64,000 nt of DNA from Hypanus sabinus (Eukaryota). The notes beneath the pieces are model-generated. The model did not search any database, was not told where the DNA came from, and was given only the letters and a program-made list of their open reading frames with translations. This document shows, piece after piece, positions 26,951 through 40,967 of this stretch. The stretch's first letter is position 1. Every line of letters begins with the position of its first letter. The position numbers were made by a program, and so were the translations under genes. The stretch spans positions 22,568,001 through 22,632,000 of the forward strand of contig NC_082732.1 of NCBI RefSeq assembly GCF_030144855.1, given 5' to 3'.

Positions 26951-28621
26951 GCCTTTACCAGCAGGAATATTATTACCACATGGGCAATAAATGCTGGCCT
27001 TCCTAGTGTTGACAACATCCACAAATGAACTAAGAAAACATGCAATTTCAATAAAATATTTTAAAGAACTGAAAATGTATTCACTCAATCACACAAGAAT
27101 TAGTCTTTTACTCTTTTTCCAATGCTAATAGAGTTGGATAGAACAGCACTACCCAATCCTACCACCTTTAGCGCCTTTTAGAACCAGAAGCAAGTCTTTC
27201 AGCCCCTGTGGAATTTATGTTAACCTCACTATCTTGGATGCAAAAATACAAGAATGCTGCACCTCAGCCACCACATCTTTAGGCATGGTGAAAAACAAGA
27301 CATTCCTGTTAATAATCCAGAAATGAACTGAAAATGTGTACTTGATCACTTTTGAAGTTGAGTTTGCAACAAAAAGTGGAATTCTCAAAAATCCATATAT
27401 GTAATTAATGTTCATAAGTAAGCTTGAGTATGTATCCACAGTTAAGGCCCACCATTAGACTGTCTTACCTTGTAGTTTTACTCTATCATCACCTGCTTGG
27501 CATATTTTTTTGGAGAAAATAAAGCCTTTAGAACTCAACAAATACATGCTTACCTCTACTTGTAGATGGTATTTAACTAAAGCCTGTTGTTACCTTTTAA
27601 AAGTGTGGGTTACACCCTTGTTGCATTCATTGAGGGTAAACATTTAGTAGTTCTGACTCTATTTTCCTGGAAGCTTCTGCTTATGAAATGTGCATTGTTC
27701 AGGAACTGGTATTTCAAGTTTAAGCAGGAAGACCAGACAAAGAAACAAACTGCCAACGAGATCACACAGCCATTTACATAATAGAACTACTTTCCCAGCA
27801 AGCTATAATTTTGACCCAGTAACACTGGGCATCAATAGAATTAAATTAACACACTCCATAGTGTGATACATAGTACTTGTCTGTTTCCCTAATATTGGAA
27901 ACTTCCTGCTCCATCCAGCATTTTTGATGATTTATCAAAATGTTTATTCTAATCTTTGCCCTGTTAGAACATTCAAGGTTGGACTTAGAATGCAAAATAT
28001 TTTAACTTGCCTTTTGCTGAGTGTGAGCTGATTAAAGCTCAGAGACTTTAACAGATTGAAAGATTAGGAAACAAGGAGAAATTGTGGGAAAAAGTATAAT
28101 TTAGTATTCGTGGAATCAATATCAAACCAGATACAAAAGAAAGTTTAAATTATATTGAAAAAAGGTCCTGTTTTAAAATTTGATTTTTTAGGAAATTTCA
28201 ACAAGTAATAACTGAAGCAAAGGCAATTTAAGCAAAACATTTTAAAAATGTATGTTACTCCTGTATTGTAATAGCAAAATGCTGGGTTTTGTTAGAGAAT
28301 CAGCCATACTTAGATCCAAGAATAGGGAAGATTTCATCAAGATCAAAAGGGATCTCACTGGAAGATCCATGACAGTAACTACCCCAGAAAGGTGTTGAAA
28401 AGATCATTCAACAGTTGGAGAAACAACAAGACTTCTGGAGGAGTTGGAACCCTCCTGAAGTTCTAATACATGCCACATATTCATAACCTCATCTCAGAGC
28501 ACATAAGGGCAAGCCAGAGATGCTGAAATTGTGATGATCTCAAGAAAGGAGATGAGGCTTATGTCAGTATTTACAGAAACAGCCTCCAATTTTTGCAGGG
28601 GAAGTCATCACAAAAATCTTC

Positions 28622-28721
28622 AAGCAACACACACAAAATGCTGGTGGAACACAGCAGGCCAGGCAGCATCTATAGGGAGAAACACTGTTGACGTTTCGGG
28701 CCAAGACCCTTCATCAGGACT
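28622..28721 (-). mobile_element. Penelope-like terminal repeat (pLTR) fragment with a minimal hammerhead motif
   Basis: Minus strand CAGTC-CTGATGA-AGGGTCTTGGCCC-GAAA-CGTC, followed by the same tail as the Penelope element at 62450-62550. Confidence 0.8.
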
Positions 28722-29636
28722 GAAGAAAATTTTTCAGCTGTCTTCTTCCAGTAGCCAAAGAGTTCCACCTAGAGTTTCAGTGCAGGTTCCAGCCATTGAG
28801 AAGTATTATGGATGTGATATTCACTGTAAAACAAACCCAAGAAAAATGTAGGGAGCAACACCCATCCCATCACTGCATGTTTTTTAAAATTCCTACAATA
28901 ACCTTCAACGTCAGTTTGTGAGTCTCTTAACTGTTTGAAAGTCCTCAAATTTGTTTATATTCTATGCTTGCTCTATAGCTCCACCACAAACCTAATACTG
29001 GTGCAGAGTGAAACCAAGCAAGGCAGTATCATAAGAATAACTCATAATTTTTTTCAATATTTGACTCCAACAAAATGAACGGGAAACTATTCAACCTTTG
29101 CCTCCTTTCCAGAATAAAAAAGATCACTCAATCAACTCATCTACCTGCTTGACTTATGAAACAAGTATTCTAGTTTCACTTCATTGTAGTAAGAAATTTC
29201 CTAGAGGATACAGAAAACATTTCAAGGACAATTCTCAAAAGTTTGTTTGAAAATTAGTAAGCAGGAATCCCCGAGCCTTGACAGTCACAAATTGGAGAAG
29301 GAGCCAGAAGACACCAAACTTTCAGATTGTCTATCACAGGAGTAAACAGAATCACACAACATCCTAATCAAACCAACTTTTAACGAACACCATCTATGGC
29401 GGAGTGTGGATCACACCTAAAAACCCATAAAAAAATCTGGAATGGAAGCAAAGCATCTAATGACTGCCTAAGTAGAAGAATTAACATTTTTGAAGTTTTT
29501 ATCTTTAACCTTTCTGGTTCTATAAAAAGACCTTTGGCCTGAAACAGGCTGCCTGACCTGCTAAATATTTCCAGCATTTTCAGTTTTTAGATCTTTAGTG
29601 AAAATTCTGGCTTTGCAGTAATACTCTTTTTTTATA

Positions 29637-29850
29637 TACTGTGGATTCCAGTTAATTCGGACATATTAGGACCAGTATGTTTGGTCCAATTAAGAAGCTA
29701 CCCCAATTAGCCATTTTTATGGAAATAATTTAAAAAGGTATAAAAAAGACAAAACTGCTGTTTAACTGAGTAACAAATTATGTATTTAGATGAAATACAG
29801 AATAAATTAGAACACTACTACAGAACTAGAAAACAATGTATTAGTTCCAA
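29637..29850 (+). mobile_element. pogo/Tigger-like DNA transposon end
   Basis: TA-CTGTGGATTCCAGTTAATT terminus with sub-terminal CCAATTA repeats, truncated by a Penelope fragment. Confidence 0.5.
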
Positions 29851-29851
29851 A

Positions 29852-30245
29852 TACAACACACACAAAACATTGGAGGAACTCAGCGGGTCAGGCAGCATCT
29901 ATGGAAATAGATAAACAGTCGACATTTCGGGCTGAGACCCTTTTTCAGGATTGGAAAGGAAGGAGGAAGAGAATAAAAAGGTGGGATTAGGAGAAGGAGA
30001 TAGTTAAAAGGTGATGGGTGAAGCCAGGTGGGTAAGAAAGATAAAAGGCTGGAGATGAAGGAATATGATGATAAAGAGAGTGGACCATAGGAGAAAAGGA
30101 AGGAGGAGGGGGTCTGGAGGAGGCGATAGGCAGGTGAGAAGAGGTAAGAGGACAAAGTGGGGAATAGAAGAAATGGGGAGTGAAACTTTTTTTACCGGAA
30201 GGAGAAATCAATATTTATGCCATTAATTTGGAGGCTACACAGACT
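29852..30245 (-). mobile_element. Penelope-like element 3' end
   Basis: Antisense homologue of 62070-62550 (pyrimidine-rich 3' region and pLTR). Confidence 0.8.
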
Positions 30246-31962
30246 TCTTCTTTGGTGCTAGATATAATTTAACATTCTGGAGAGTTTACCCTAATATTCT
30301 CATTGACTTCAGTTTTACCAAGGGTTCTGGATGTGCCACAGTCAACTGCTACTATGATACCAAGTGCTGTTACTCATATTTATATATTCTTCACTCACCG
30401 AGAGAAACAGTTAACATTTCAGATTGATGATCTTTCTTTAAAAAATGGAATTTTAAAAATATATTTTAAGATGCTGGTTTTCAGATAAAATTGATTACTT
30501 ATTCCCATTTCTGAGGAAGGATCATTGACATGAACCATTTTATCTGTTTCCTGACCTGCTAAGTAGTTCTTCCTTTTCCCTCCTCCTTCAGACTTCAAAT
30601 CTCCAGAATATTTTTGTGTTATATTCATCATTTATTATTCTCAAATCAACTAATATTACAATTTTTGTTCTAATATCTATGTTAACACACCTTGTCAATT
30701 AAAGCTCTTATTAAAAGTAAGGTGAATTCTGAATTGAAGAACAAGCTCATGTTAGATCAGACTCACTTTCTTCACTGTCACTTTAAATGTTGTGATTTAA
30801 TTTTTTCTCCTATGTACCACATTTAAAAAGATAATGGACCAGAGATACCTACCTATTTGCTAACCTAACATCCCAAAGCCCTGTTACTCTAGCTTCATGA
30901 ATGAGAGAAATAGCACCGTTCTCAGACACAGCAATCAGGATGATCTATGATCATTATTAGACAGAGAAATGCTCAGTATTTACCTCTCGCTTTCCTTAGT
31001 CTCCTTTGCTGCAGAATGAGGCTACCATCTCCATCAAATGGGCTAAATAGCCTAATTCTGCTCCTATGTTTTATGGTTCAATCTATATATAATTTTACTT
31101 TTTAAAAGCCTTGAGTTAATTCTGCTCTATTTAAAGCTTCCTATTCTTCCAAGTGAAATATGAGAAGGTATATTGTTGCGTTTTCAGTGCATTTCTCAGG
31201 AAAGCAGCGCGGACTTCCTCCACTTATGGGTTTCTACCATGTGTTTGTCCAACAGATTTAATGTTCTATCAAAGAAATATGATTTGTGATGTACCATGGG
31301 CAGCAGTTCTGACCTAAACTTCCCCATGAGCAAAACTGTCCTAGATGTGGTGTTTCAAATGGAAGTTCTCCCAGTTATGGGAGTACATACAATTCTAGTC
31401 ATATTTCTGATGGTGTAGTAAATGAACTATTGAGTCATACAGAGAAGTGTGCTATTGTATCCTTGTCCTGAATTCACATTGCATGTATCATGATGAATTT
31501 TTGGGAGGTCTTCATTAATCTATTTTTTTTAAACAAAAACAAAATTCAACAACATACTAATGTCATCTTGATTGTAAAGTGCAATCAATATGTTTATTAA
31601 TTTAGTTTCATAGTGGGATTAGATATATAGTATATATGCATACATCTTCTTCTGAACTGCGATCGCTGCAGTCTGTAGCATGTAATTTCCCTTTTAAGGA
31701 TGTACTTTTGAACTGACTAAACGATCTGGCACTTTTGCGATCTGAGAGATTCAGCGAACTAGAGTCTAGAAAGTGCTGGTACAGCCCCATCACTGGGGGT
31801 GGACGCTACGTCGAAGCCTGATAGCAGAAGACAAAACCATTGTCAGCTCTATTACTCTGCACCGATTAAAGCATCAAGCAAGGTTAAAATCATCAAGGAT
31901 GAGAGTGGAAAACAAACTGGTGTTCTGTACTATCTGCTTGCGTTTGACCAGTCTCGCATTCT

Positions 31963-32336
31963 TCTTGCAACCACCTTCAGGCAGAAGGTACAGGAGTCTT
32001 GGGTCCCATGGGGCCAGATACTGGAGCAGTTATTGTTCTGCAGCTACTGGGCTCCTGGGTAGGCATCACTCTATCTCTGCACTGAACTGGTTCCGTGGCT
32101 GTGGACTCTTTTTCGGGGACTCTGTAATTCATGTTCCACGTGTTTTTGTTTTCGTAGTCTTTACTATCTGTGCGGTTTGTCCACTTTTGCAAATTGGATA
32201 TGTGGTGGTTGTGTGTGTGTGTGTGTGTGTTTTGCTGAATTCTATTGTGTTTCTTTGTTTTGTGAATGCCTGCAACAAAATACATTTCAAAGTTGTATAT
32301 AGTATATATATTTTGATAATAAATTTGAAACTTTGA
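31963..32336 (+). mobile_element. Rex1-like LINE 3' end containing (GT)10
   Basis: FFLQPPSGRRYRSL C-terminal motif and the shared 3' UTR. Confidence 0.7.
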
Positions 32337-33289
32337 GATCCCTGCAACTGTTGAGTTTACTTTGAAAGTCAAGAGCCCTTTTTCATTATCAAAAACTCTC
32401 AAACAGTAGATTGCAAGAAGAAAGTTGATACTCTTTTCTGAAGCACAATGATCAGAAAGAAAGTTTTTTTATAGTCAAGGTCACTTTTACAACGTGAAAA
32501 ACTTGGAAACCAATTTGCATACAGCCAGGTCATGTATCTAAGTGGTCATGGACAGAATTTAGAGTATTTCAGTAATGTTGGGTGAGAGCAACTCATCATA
32601 TAACAGTACAACTTAATATGGAACCTGGAGCTTCTCTGGTTAGCATGACGTAATGCAACACATAGTGTTTATTCTTCCAATTTTTGCATATTGTTTTCTA
32701 AATATTTGGCTGAAACTGCTTCTCATCATGTGCCACTGACTTCATTCTGCTGAGTTTCTCTGTACTTTCAACAGATTATTTGAGTTTAGACTACAAATCC
32801 ACAGCAAATTCTTAATGATGTCTTATTAAAGCCTTAATACTATATGGATTGTAAGTTACAAGTTTTATGATGTTCCATAATACTTCATGTATAAAGATTT
32901 GCTTTGATGTATGTGACTGTTGTTTTGGAGGAAAATATATGTGCAACAGTCCTCAAACATTGAGAGTTTAGTAACCGATAGGTCACTTTCTGTGGGTGTT
33001 ATTGTGCAATGAATTTTGACCAGGATGCCAATACTCTGTTCCTTTTCAAGTACTGTAGTGTCATTGGATTGATAAGGTCCACGTGAGTGAGCTGTGACAT
33101 TGCTCAATTAAAGGTCACCGATTCTAACACGATCTAGATATCAACTGACTTTCTATAAGGATGGTTTAGATTGTCCACTGTAAATCTGAAAGAAGACCCA
33201 TGGAAATCTTAAAAAAATGAAACAATTTTTGCAGATTTTCAGTAGCTCCCCAGGCAAAGTTAGAATAGATGACTAGGATAGTACTGCAA

Positions 33290-34875
33290 GTGAACTTGGT
33301 TGGAAGGAGAAATCGAATAGGGAATGAATTCAGCACCAAGAATAGGGATCTGTATTGGGATTGCTTCTTTATCCATTATATGTCACAATTGAAGGCCTTG
33401 TGGCCAAGTCTGCAGATAGGTGGAGGGACAGGTAGTGTTGAGGAAGCAGGGACTCTGCAGAAGAACTTAAGACAGATTAGGAGAATGAGCAAAGAAGTGG
33501 CAGATGGATTATAGTGTAGGGAAGTGTATGGTCATGTACTTTGGTAGAAGGAATAAAGGCATAGATTATTTTCAAAATGGGGAGAAAATACAGAAATCAG
33601 AGGTGCAAAAGGGTTCTCATGCAAGATTCCCTTAAGCTGAACTTGCAGGTTGAGTTGGAAGTGAGGAAGGCAAATGCAATGTTAGCATTCATTTCAAGAG
33701 AACTAGAATATAAAAGTAAGTATGTAATGCTAAGGCTTTATAAGACACTGGTGTATTGTGAGCTGTTGTGGCCCCTTACCTAAGAATAGATGTACTGGCA
33801 TTGGAGAGGGTCCAGAGAAGGATTATAAGAATGATCCCGAGAATGCAAAGGTTAACATATGAGAAGCATTTGATAGCTCTGGGCCTGTGCTCATTGAAAC
33901 CTATCAAATAGAGTGGATATGGAGAGGATATTTTCTATAGTTTAGGACCTAAGGGCACAATCTCATAATGGAAAGTCATCCCTTTAGAACAGAGATCAGG
34001 AGGAATTTCTTTAGCTAGAAGATGGTGAATTCATTGTCACAAATGGCTGAGGAGGCCAAGTTGTTGAGTATATTTAAAGTGAGGTTTGATAGGTTTTTGT
34101 TTAGTAGGGGTATCAAAGGTTACAGGAGAAGGCAGGATCTAAAGCTTGAGAGGGATAATAAATCAGTCATGATAGAATGGCAGAACAGACTCTATGGACT
34201 GAATGGCCTAATTCTGCTGCTTTGGTCTAGGAAATGGTACAATTAGGCAGAAAATAATGTATGCTAAATGGCACAGTTATAAACCTTTGAAAGCGGCAGT
34301 ACACTTTAAAAGGTAATGGGATTTGAGGACTCATAAATACAGTATAGATATAAAATTAAAAAGTAGGAGGTTATTTTGGATCCTTATAAAACCGGGTTAG
34401 ATCACATCTGCAATATTATCTAATTTTGGCCACCATGCTTTAGGAAACAAGTGAAGTTCTCGGAGTGGATTCAGAAGAGATATATTAGGATGAGGGGTTT
34501 CAACAATGAATACAGACTGGAAAACCTGGGGTTATTCTCCTTGCAGCAAAGATATAGGAGCAAAGAGCTTAAGATTGTGAGAGGTTTAAACAGGACTGGG
34601 AAAAGTTGTTCTCATTAGCAGTCCAAGGACAGAGGGATTCTGATTTAAAGTACAAAGTAAAACATAGAGGAAAATGTGTGGATATTTTTAAAAAATCACT
34701 ACAAATGGTGATGGCGTGTCTAAATGGAGCAGGATTAATTGGGCTTTCAAAAGGGAAAACAATTTATCCAGCTACAGGGAAAGAGCAGGAGAATGGGGCA
34801 GAATAGATAGCTATGCAAGGAGTTGCCATGGATTGCATGGGTTGAAGAGCTTCCTCCTTCTCCACAACAATTCCA
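33290..34875 (+). mobile_element. Two tandem CR1 LINE 3' fragments
   Basis: Decayed ORF2 C-terminus (KANAMLAFISRELEYKSK..MLRLYKTLV) and the CR1 tail GAATGGCCTAATTCTGCT. A second, older copy starts at ~34235. Confidence 0.82.
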
Positions 34876-35129
34876 TGAAAAAAAATAATCATTCCTGAAT
34901 GCTTAAGTTCAGAAATAGGTCAACCCCACAACTTGGTGTAACACATCACATGTCTCTGTGTAATGGAAAGATAGCTCTTTGATCCACTTTATTCCCACTC
35001 TATCCAAGGAAGGACAAGGAACAATATTCCCTCTCCATAAAGAAACTCTTACACTTGTCCACCAATTCACTACCTCTGTCCCTCCAGACCCTAGAAACAA
35101 AAACGGAGTGACATATTGATTGTTGCTAT

Positions 35130-35805
35130 TCAGAACATAGAACAGCTCAGCACAGTACAGGCCCTTTGGCCCACAATGTTATGCTGACATTTTAATCTAA
35201 TCTAAGATCAATCTAATCCTTCTCTCCTACAAAGCCCTCCATTTCTCTTTCATCCATGTGCCTAATTAAGAGTCTCTTAAATGTCCCCAATCTATCTGCC
35301 TTTACTTCCAAGCCTGGCAGTACATTTCATGTGCCTAACACTCTCTGTATGTGTGTGTGTATATATATATATATATATAAAAACTACTTCTGACATCCTC
35401 TCCCTATAGTTTCCTCCAAATACCTTAAAGTTACACCCCATTGCATTAGCCATTTCTGCCATGGATAAACCCACTCTATCTATGCTTGTCATCAACTTGT
35501 ACATCTCTACAAGTCACCTTTCATCCTCCTTCTCTCCAAGAGAAAATCCCTAGTTTTCTCACCCTATCCTCATAATCCATGCTTTCTAGTCCAGGCAGAA
35601 ACTTGGTAAAAATCTCTTCTGCACCCTCCCTAAAGCTTCCACATCCTTCCTATATTGAGGCGAGCAGAACTGAACACAATATTCCAAGTGTGGTTTAACC
35701 AGAGTTTTATAGAGCTGCAACATTATCTCATGGCCCTTGAACTCACCGTGTGCATTCTTAACCACCTTATCAACTTGTGCTGCCATTTTGAGGGATCTAT
35801 GGAAG
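35130..35805 (-). mobile_element. CR1 LINE 3' fragment
   Basis: ORF 35586-35786 contains MLQLYKTLVKPHLEYCVQFCSPQYRKDVEALGRVQKRF. Confidence 0.88.
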
Positions 35806-36691
35806 CGAATTTATTGTATAATTACAAACTTCTTATAATTTACATACTCTAATGTACAGTCTTCCATTATAAAATTGCTGCTCTATTGCACTAAAACATG
35901 GATAAATTCTCCTCAGCCCATTCTAGCTATGCCTGCAATAACAGAATTTGTCCTCCACAAATCCTTCTCATTACTCAGTGAAAAAGACACTTTTGAGATA
36001 CTTTGCAATAGATATTGCTGTTTCCCTCAAAAACAGAAATTCGTTTGAAAATGCATAGAGTTCCTGACTATATTCTAACATTCTCTCTTCTATTGTCTTT
36101 CCTGAAATCATTTATGCTGCAACAACCCCTCTACCTAAAATTCATTGTTCAGATGATTCACATTGATCTCTAGAGTGCAAATGTAGCAATGAAACGTTGA
36201 TAGCGAGGACACAGAGCCTTCTTACAGGAAATGAATTAAACACCATGTGGAATTACACCTCGTGTCTACTACCTAGCACAGACAAATGCATAAAGAACAG
36301 GACAATGAACATTCAGAATGTTCTTTACTCACTTTTAGAAACAAGACTGAGCCTAGACGGTAAATCTAAAGAAACAATATTGGCAGACTATTCACCTTTC
36401 TGAGATTGTCAGAGTTAAGCTTAATCCTGTAAATTCAATCCAGATGCATGCATCTTGTGGCAAGTCACCGGTTACTGATCAAAGTGGGTGCCCTATTAAT
36501 CTGAAGGCTAATTATACTGCTTCCTATAACTGCTTCAGCATACAAAGGAAACCATATCTGAAACCTTTGTGGCCTCAACAACTCTGACTTAAGTAATATT
36601 TTTTTTAAAAATCTGAATATTTACCACAAAGACCCAGCCATAATTATGAGTGAAATAAGGTAACCTCATTTCTCCATACACAAGGGCTCAC

Positions 36692-36812
36692 CTCACATCT
36701 ATAACAGTTCACATGAAAGTGGAGCCCAAACAGTTCAATGTTCATGCACTCCGCCTGTCCAACTTCAGGTATGATTGGCATTTTGCAGACACAGCATTGC
36801 GGGGCATGTTTC
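36692..36812 (-). CDS. FBLIM1: FBLIM1 coding exon 6 (LIM3, first part)
   Basis: tttcag|(R)KHAPQCCVCKMPIIP...FHVNCYRCE|gtgagc; 121 nt. Confidence 0.94.
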
Positions 36813-37424
36813 CTGAAAGATATGAAACCATAATCAAAAACCACACATGAGCAATGAAAAACATCATTTACAAAAAAGTGGTAAAGCTTAAAAGCAGTCG
36901 CATTTTTCTCCAATCCATTAATTTTCATCCATTCTCTGAAAGTTGTTGATTTGGGAATACATAGGCATACCTCTGGGACCTTTCATAAAGATCTAGTCTT
37001 CAGAAACTATATTTGGGAGCTAATATGGTTCTTCTTCACTCAAAGTGTACCACCACGTGCTTCCCAGGGGAACTATTGTTTGGTTTAATTTTCTTCCCTT
37101 GCAAACCAGAAAACTCAATTCATTGAAAACTGAATCCTTGCATTCCCAAGACCTTGTAATCTCTGTTTCTCAGCTCTGTGTTTGACAGTTGACTTATCAA
37201 CCTGTGCCATGAGTAAATTTCTTTTTATTAACTTTTTTAATTCAGTTCCTGTCTATAAGGAGATGAGGGCAAATTCAATTGTTCACAATGTGAGAGTAGG
37301 TTAAAGTGTAGAATTATTCTATTGTCTCTAAGCAATATGTATGATAATCTCCTTTATATTACGAGCATGGGCTTTCTCTCTTTTATCTATTGGCTTATAA
37401 TTCATACCCAGATATTGAAATCCA

Positions 37425-38640
37425 TAGAATCATAAAAATATACAGTCCTTATGTCCCAGAAGGTCCATGCCAATTCTGATGCCTAGCTACGCAAATCCCA
37501 TTTGCCCAGATTAAACCTCCATCCCTCGCTGTCTTTCCTATTATACAAGGATCCTTCCAAATACCTTTTAAGTGCTGTAAATGTGGAGAAGTGCCACCAC
37601 CACCTCCTCTAGCAGCTTCTTCCAGATATTCATATCCTTTGTGTGGAAAAAATTGCCTCTTAGAACGCCTTTAAATTTCTCCCCTGTCATCTAGGCTCTT
37701 GTATAATACAGAGGCTTTTACAATCTTGATGCAGACTATCAAGGTTGTTTAAGCCTCTATAATGCCAGCCCTCAGTCCACTATTTTCTAGTGAAGATAAA
37801 CACAGTCTATCGAAACTCCTTATAATGACAGCACCCATCCCACCCCCCATTCCAGGCACAACATCCTGGTAAATTTCTTCCGCTCACTCCCTATGGCTAC
37901 CATCCCTTTTCTGTAGTGTGGCAGTTAGAATTAACACGATACTAAGTGTGATCTAACCAATCATTTGTACAACTGCAACATGAAGTCACAACTCTTATCT
38001 TCAACACCTCAGCCCACAATCCCTGATGAAGACGGCAGAGTCTGTCATCAATTCATCGATTATAATCGATACCTGTACCCAGCTGGAAACCCAGAAAGAT
38101 TTTATTTGTTATAAACGTCAGGAAAGCACTAGATCCCTTTTCCTCAGCTTACAAAGTTTACTAAATGCCTTTTTCACTACCTTATATATCTGTGTCACCA
38201 CTTTGAGAAAGCTATGGACTTGTACCACAAGTCTCTCCATATACTTATGTTCATAAGATCCATGCCATTTATATATTCTACAGAATTTGACTTACATAAG
38301 AATATTACCTCACACTTGTCTGGATTAAATTTCATCTGCCAGTGCACAGCCCAACTGTCCAGCTGATCTGTCCCACTGTATCTTTTAATAATTTTTTTTT
38401 ATGGCTCAACATGAAAATTGTTGACCTGCAAAGATACTACTCATACAACCTACATTCTCAGGCCAATTGTATATAAATTGCAACCAAAGCTCCCAGCACA
38501 GACCTAAGCAGTACACCATTTGTTGCAGACTTCCAGTAAGAAAAACACCTATCCACCCTGTCCCTCCACCTCCTATCACCAAACCAATTTTGGATCCAGT
38601 TTGCCAACACACCAACATTCCCTTGTGCCTCACCTTCTGA
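37425..38640 (-). mobile_element. Decayed CR1 fragment interrupted by a pLTR mini-insertion (38020-38141)
   Basis: ANWIQNW...SYWKSATNGV RT-region similarity and the CR1 3' tail at ~37425. Confidence 0.72.
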
Positions 38641-39533
38641 ACCTTCATCATTTTTCTTAGACATCACCTCAAAAAAAAAATCCACATGCACTATTTGACA
38701 CTAAACATTTCCTGTTATTTTTGTGGATTCAATGTAAGCCATATATTGGCATAACAAGGGCATATATAAGTGTCATCTAGCAAATAGATGTTCTGATCAA
38801 AAAGTCTTATATTAGTAGTTTGTTTATTAATAATATGCAGCCAGTAAAGCTAACTTGCTTTTTGTAATCCAAATTTCCTGATTGGTTTGCAAAGCAGTTT
38901 CAATGTACAACAGTGCCACAGACTGATGGCACATGGATATTACAATGATTAAATGGGGAAATATTTGCTCATTTACTAGCCTAATCTACAGCAACGTTGT
39001 TTTGGACAGACGTGGCCAATAAGCAGACTTCTTCATACTTCGCTCAAAATTACTTCCACACAGTGAGTGATCAACACCCGGAATGGACTGGCAAAAAGTT
39101 TAATAGAAGGCTGGATGGCTTTCAGAAACAAATTGATGCAATAGTAGGCTAACACTAGTGTGCTTCTCAAGGAATGAACTAATAGGAGTTAAATAGGCTC
39201 TTCAGATCAGCACTTGATCCACTCATTCATTTCCATTTACTTCCCAGCACAAATCACTGATTTTCTTTTCATCCTATCCCAGGGGCATTGAAGCTGACTT
39301 TGCCGTCCAAAGTGCTATTGTATTTGCGACATGCTATTCCCGTTCACTGCAGACACTGTGATCAGTATGATAGAAGCAACGCAATTCCTTTCTGAGCCAC
39401 CTTAGAGAGTGTATTAGAGAACATCATGGTTGCTACTATGATAAGTTAGAACTATAAATCAGTATAAAAGCAAACCTTCGGCTGAAGCATGATCTTTTCA
39501 GTATTCTTTTATGTAGCAATTTAGATATTATAC

Positions 39534-39712
39534 CTCTGAAAATCTTCAAGGCAGAGAACCTCATTAGCCTGGTTCACTCCAAAGCGCTCCGTTCCAATAA
39601 GTTGGTGGCAGACAACACATGTGAAGCAGTCAGGATGGAAAGCCTTGCCCATAGCCCTAATAATCTGACTCATTATGGTTTTGTTGCATTTTGCACACTT
39701 CTCCAAGGTGTT
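39534..39712 (-). CDS. FBLIM1: FBLIM1 coding exon 5 (LIM2)
   Basis: ttgcag|NTLEKCAKC...FHPDCFTCVVC...LCLEDFQ(R)|gtataa; 179 nt. Confidence 0.95.
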
Positions 39713-40239
39713 CTGCAATTTAAGGGAGAATAGAAATTATCATTAGCATCCTCGCTGCAGCTGGCAAAGTCGGACCCATTATATTGCACACATTATATTA
39801 CTTGAGCCAAATTTGTTGGGTCTCCATTAAATTGCTTTTTTTGCTTTTCAGTAAAACTGCACTGAATGAGGTATGTGTAGAAATAATAATCTAATATTGG
39901 GAAGATATTTATGTGACCTGTATTACATATGGGCTTCTTAGGCACAACCAGTATCACATTTAATATGATTCTTTCAAGCCAATGGTCCTATCTGCAGAGA
40001 AAAATAAGGTTTCTATTTCCCATGGGTTAGATTATATTATGCTGTCAGGAAGTGTAGAGATAGGTGACAACTGTGATGTGCCACATAGTCCATCTTCTGG
40101 AGGGTATCTTACACAAAAACAGTGCCAGAAAATCACAATGTTGCACTGAAAGACTGTATATCCAGCCAACAGTTCTATTTTATTCATATTCACGTGTATT
40201 CACGTGTAGCATTGCTTTAGCAAAGGTTTAGTAGGTAGA

Positions 40240-40660
40240 GTGGCAGAGCGGCACTGTCATAGGCCTGCTGTCTCACAGTTCTACACATCCAGGTTCAATC
40301 CTGACTTTGAGTACTGTCTGTTTAGAGTTCGCATGTTCTCCCTTGACTCCGTGGGTTTCCTTCAGGTTTTTCCCAAGATCCCAAATATTTAAGTTAAGTT
40401 AAAATAAGTAGTGCAAAAACTAAAATAAAAAAAAAATAAGTAGTGAGGTAGTGTTCATGGGTTCAATGTCCATTTAGAAATCGGATGGCAGAGGGGAAGA
40501 AGCTGTTCCTGATTCGCTGAGTGTGTGCCTACAGGCTTCTGTACATCTGTCCTGACGGTAGCAATGAGAAGAGGGCATGTCCTGGGGGGTGGGTGTCCTT
40601 AATGATGGATGCCGTCTTCCTGAGGCACCGGTCCTTGAAGATGTCTTGGATACTACAGAG
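40240..40660. mobile_element. V-SINE 5' part (+) joined to an antisense Rex1-like 3' fragment
   Basis: GGTTCAATCC B-box and GAGTTCGCATGTTCTCCC V-domain, then CAGAGGGGAAGAAGCTGTTC in reverse LINE orientation. Confidence 0.65.
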
Positions 40661-40797
40661 CTTAACTATGATTTTATTAATGTCAAAACATTATTATACT
40701 GTACTAAGCAATAAAACTTTTCTTCAATAAATGCTATTGCCCTCAGAAAAACAAAGAAGGAAAACACAAACTTTATAAAAAGAAATAATCACAGTAC

Positions 40798-40967
40798 CTG
40801 GTAGCAAGATTCACAGTGAAGATCACCATCTAGGTTATAATACTTTTTTCCCACGAGTCTGCAGTTACATTTTCTACATGTCAAGCAATTCTCGTGAAAC
40901 AGTTTGTCCATGGCTTGAACAGCAGGGACGGTTAGAGGAATTGGTTGGTTGCAAAATGCACAGATAT
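40798..40967 (-). CDS. FBLIM1: FBLIM1 coding exon 4 (LIM1)
   Basis: cacttag|AT ATC TGT...: ICAFC...FHENCLTCRKC...LHCESCYQ|gtactg, a full LIM zinc-ligand pattern; 170 nt. Confidence 0.95.

Noticed and set aside
31773-32402. 187-aa and 141-aa overlapping ORFs
   Set aside because: They run through a LINE 3' end and a GT microsatellite.
40187-40208. Tandem CACGTG E-boxes
   Set aside because: A simple 10-bp duplication; the 4-nt spacer fits neither the ChoRE nor the clock tandem E-box spacing.
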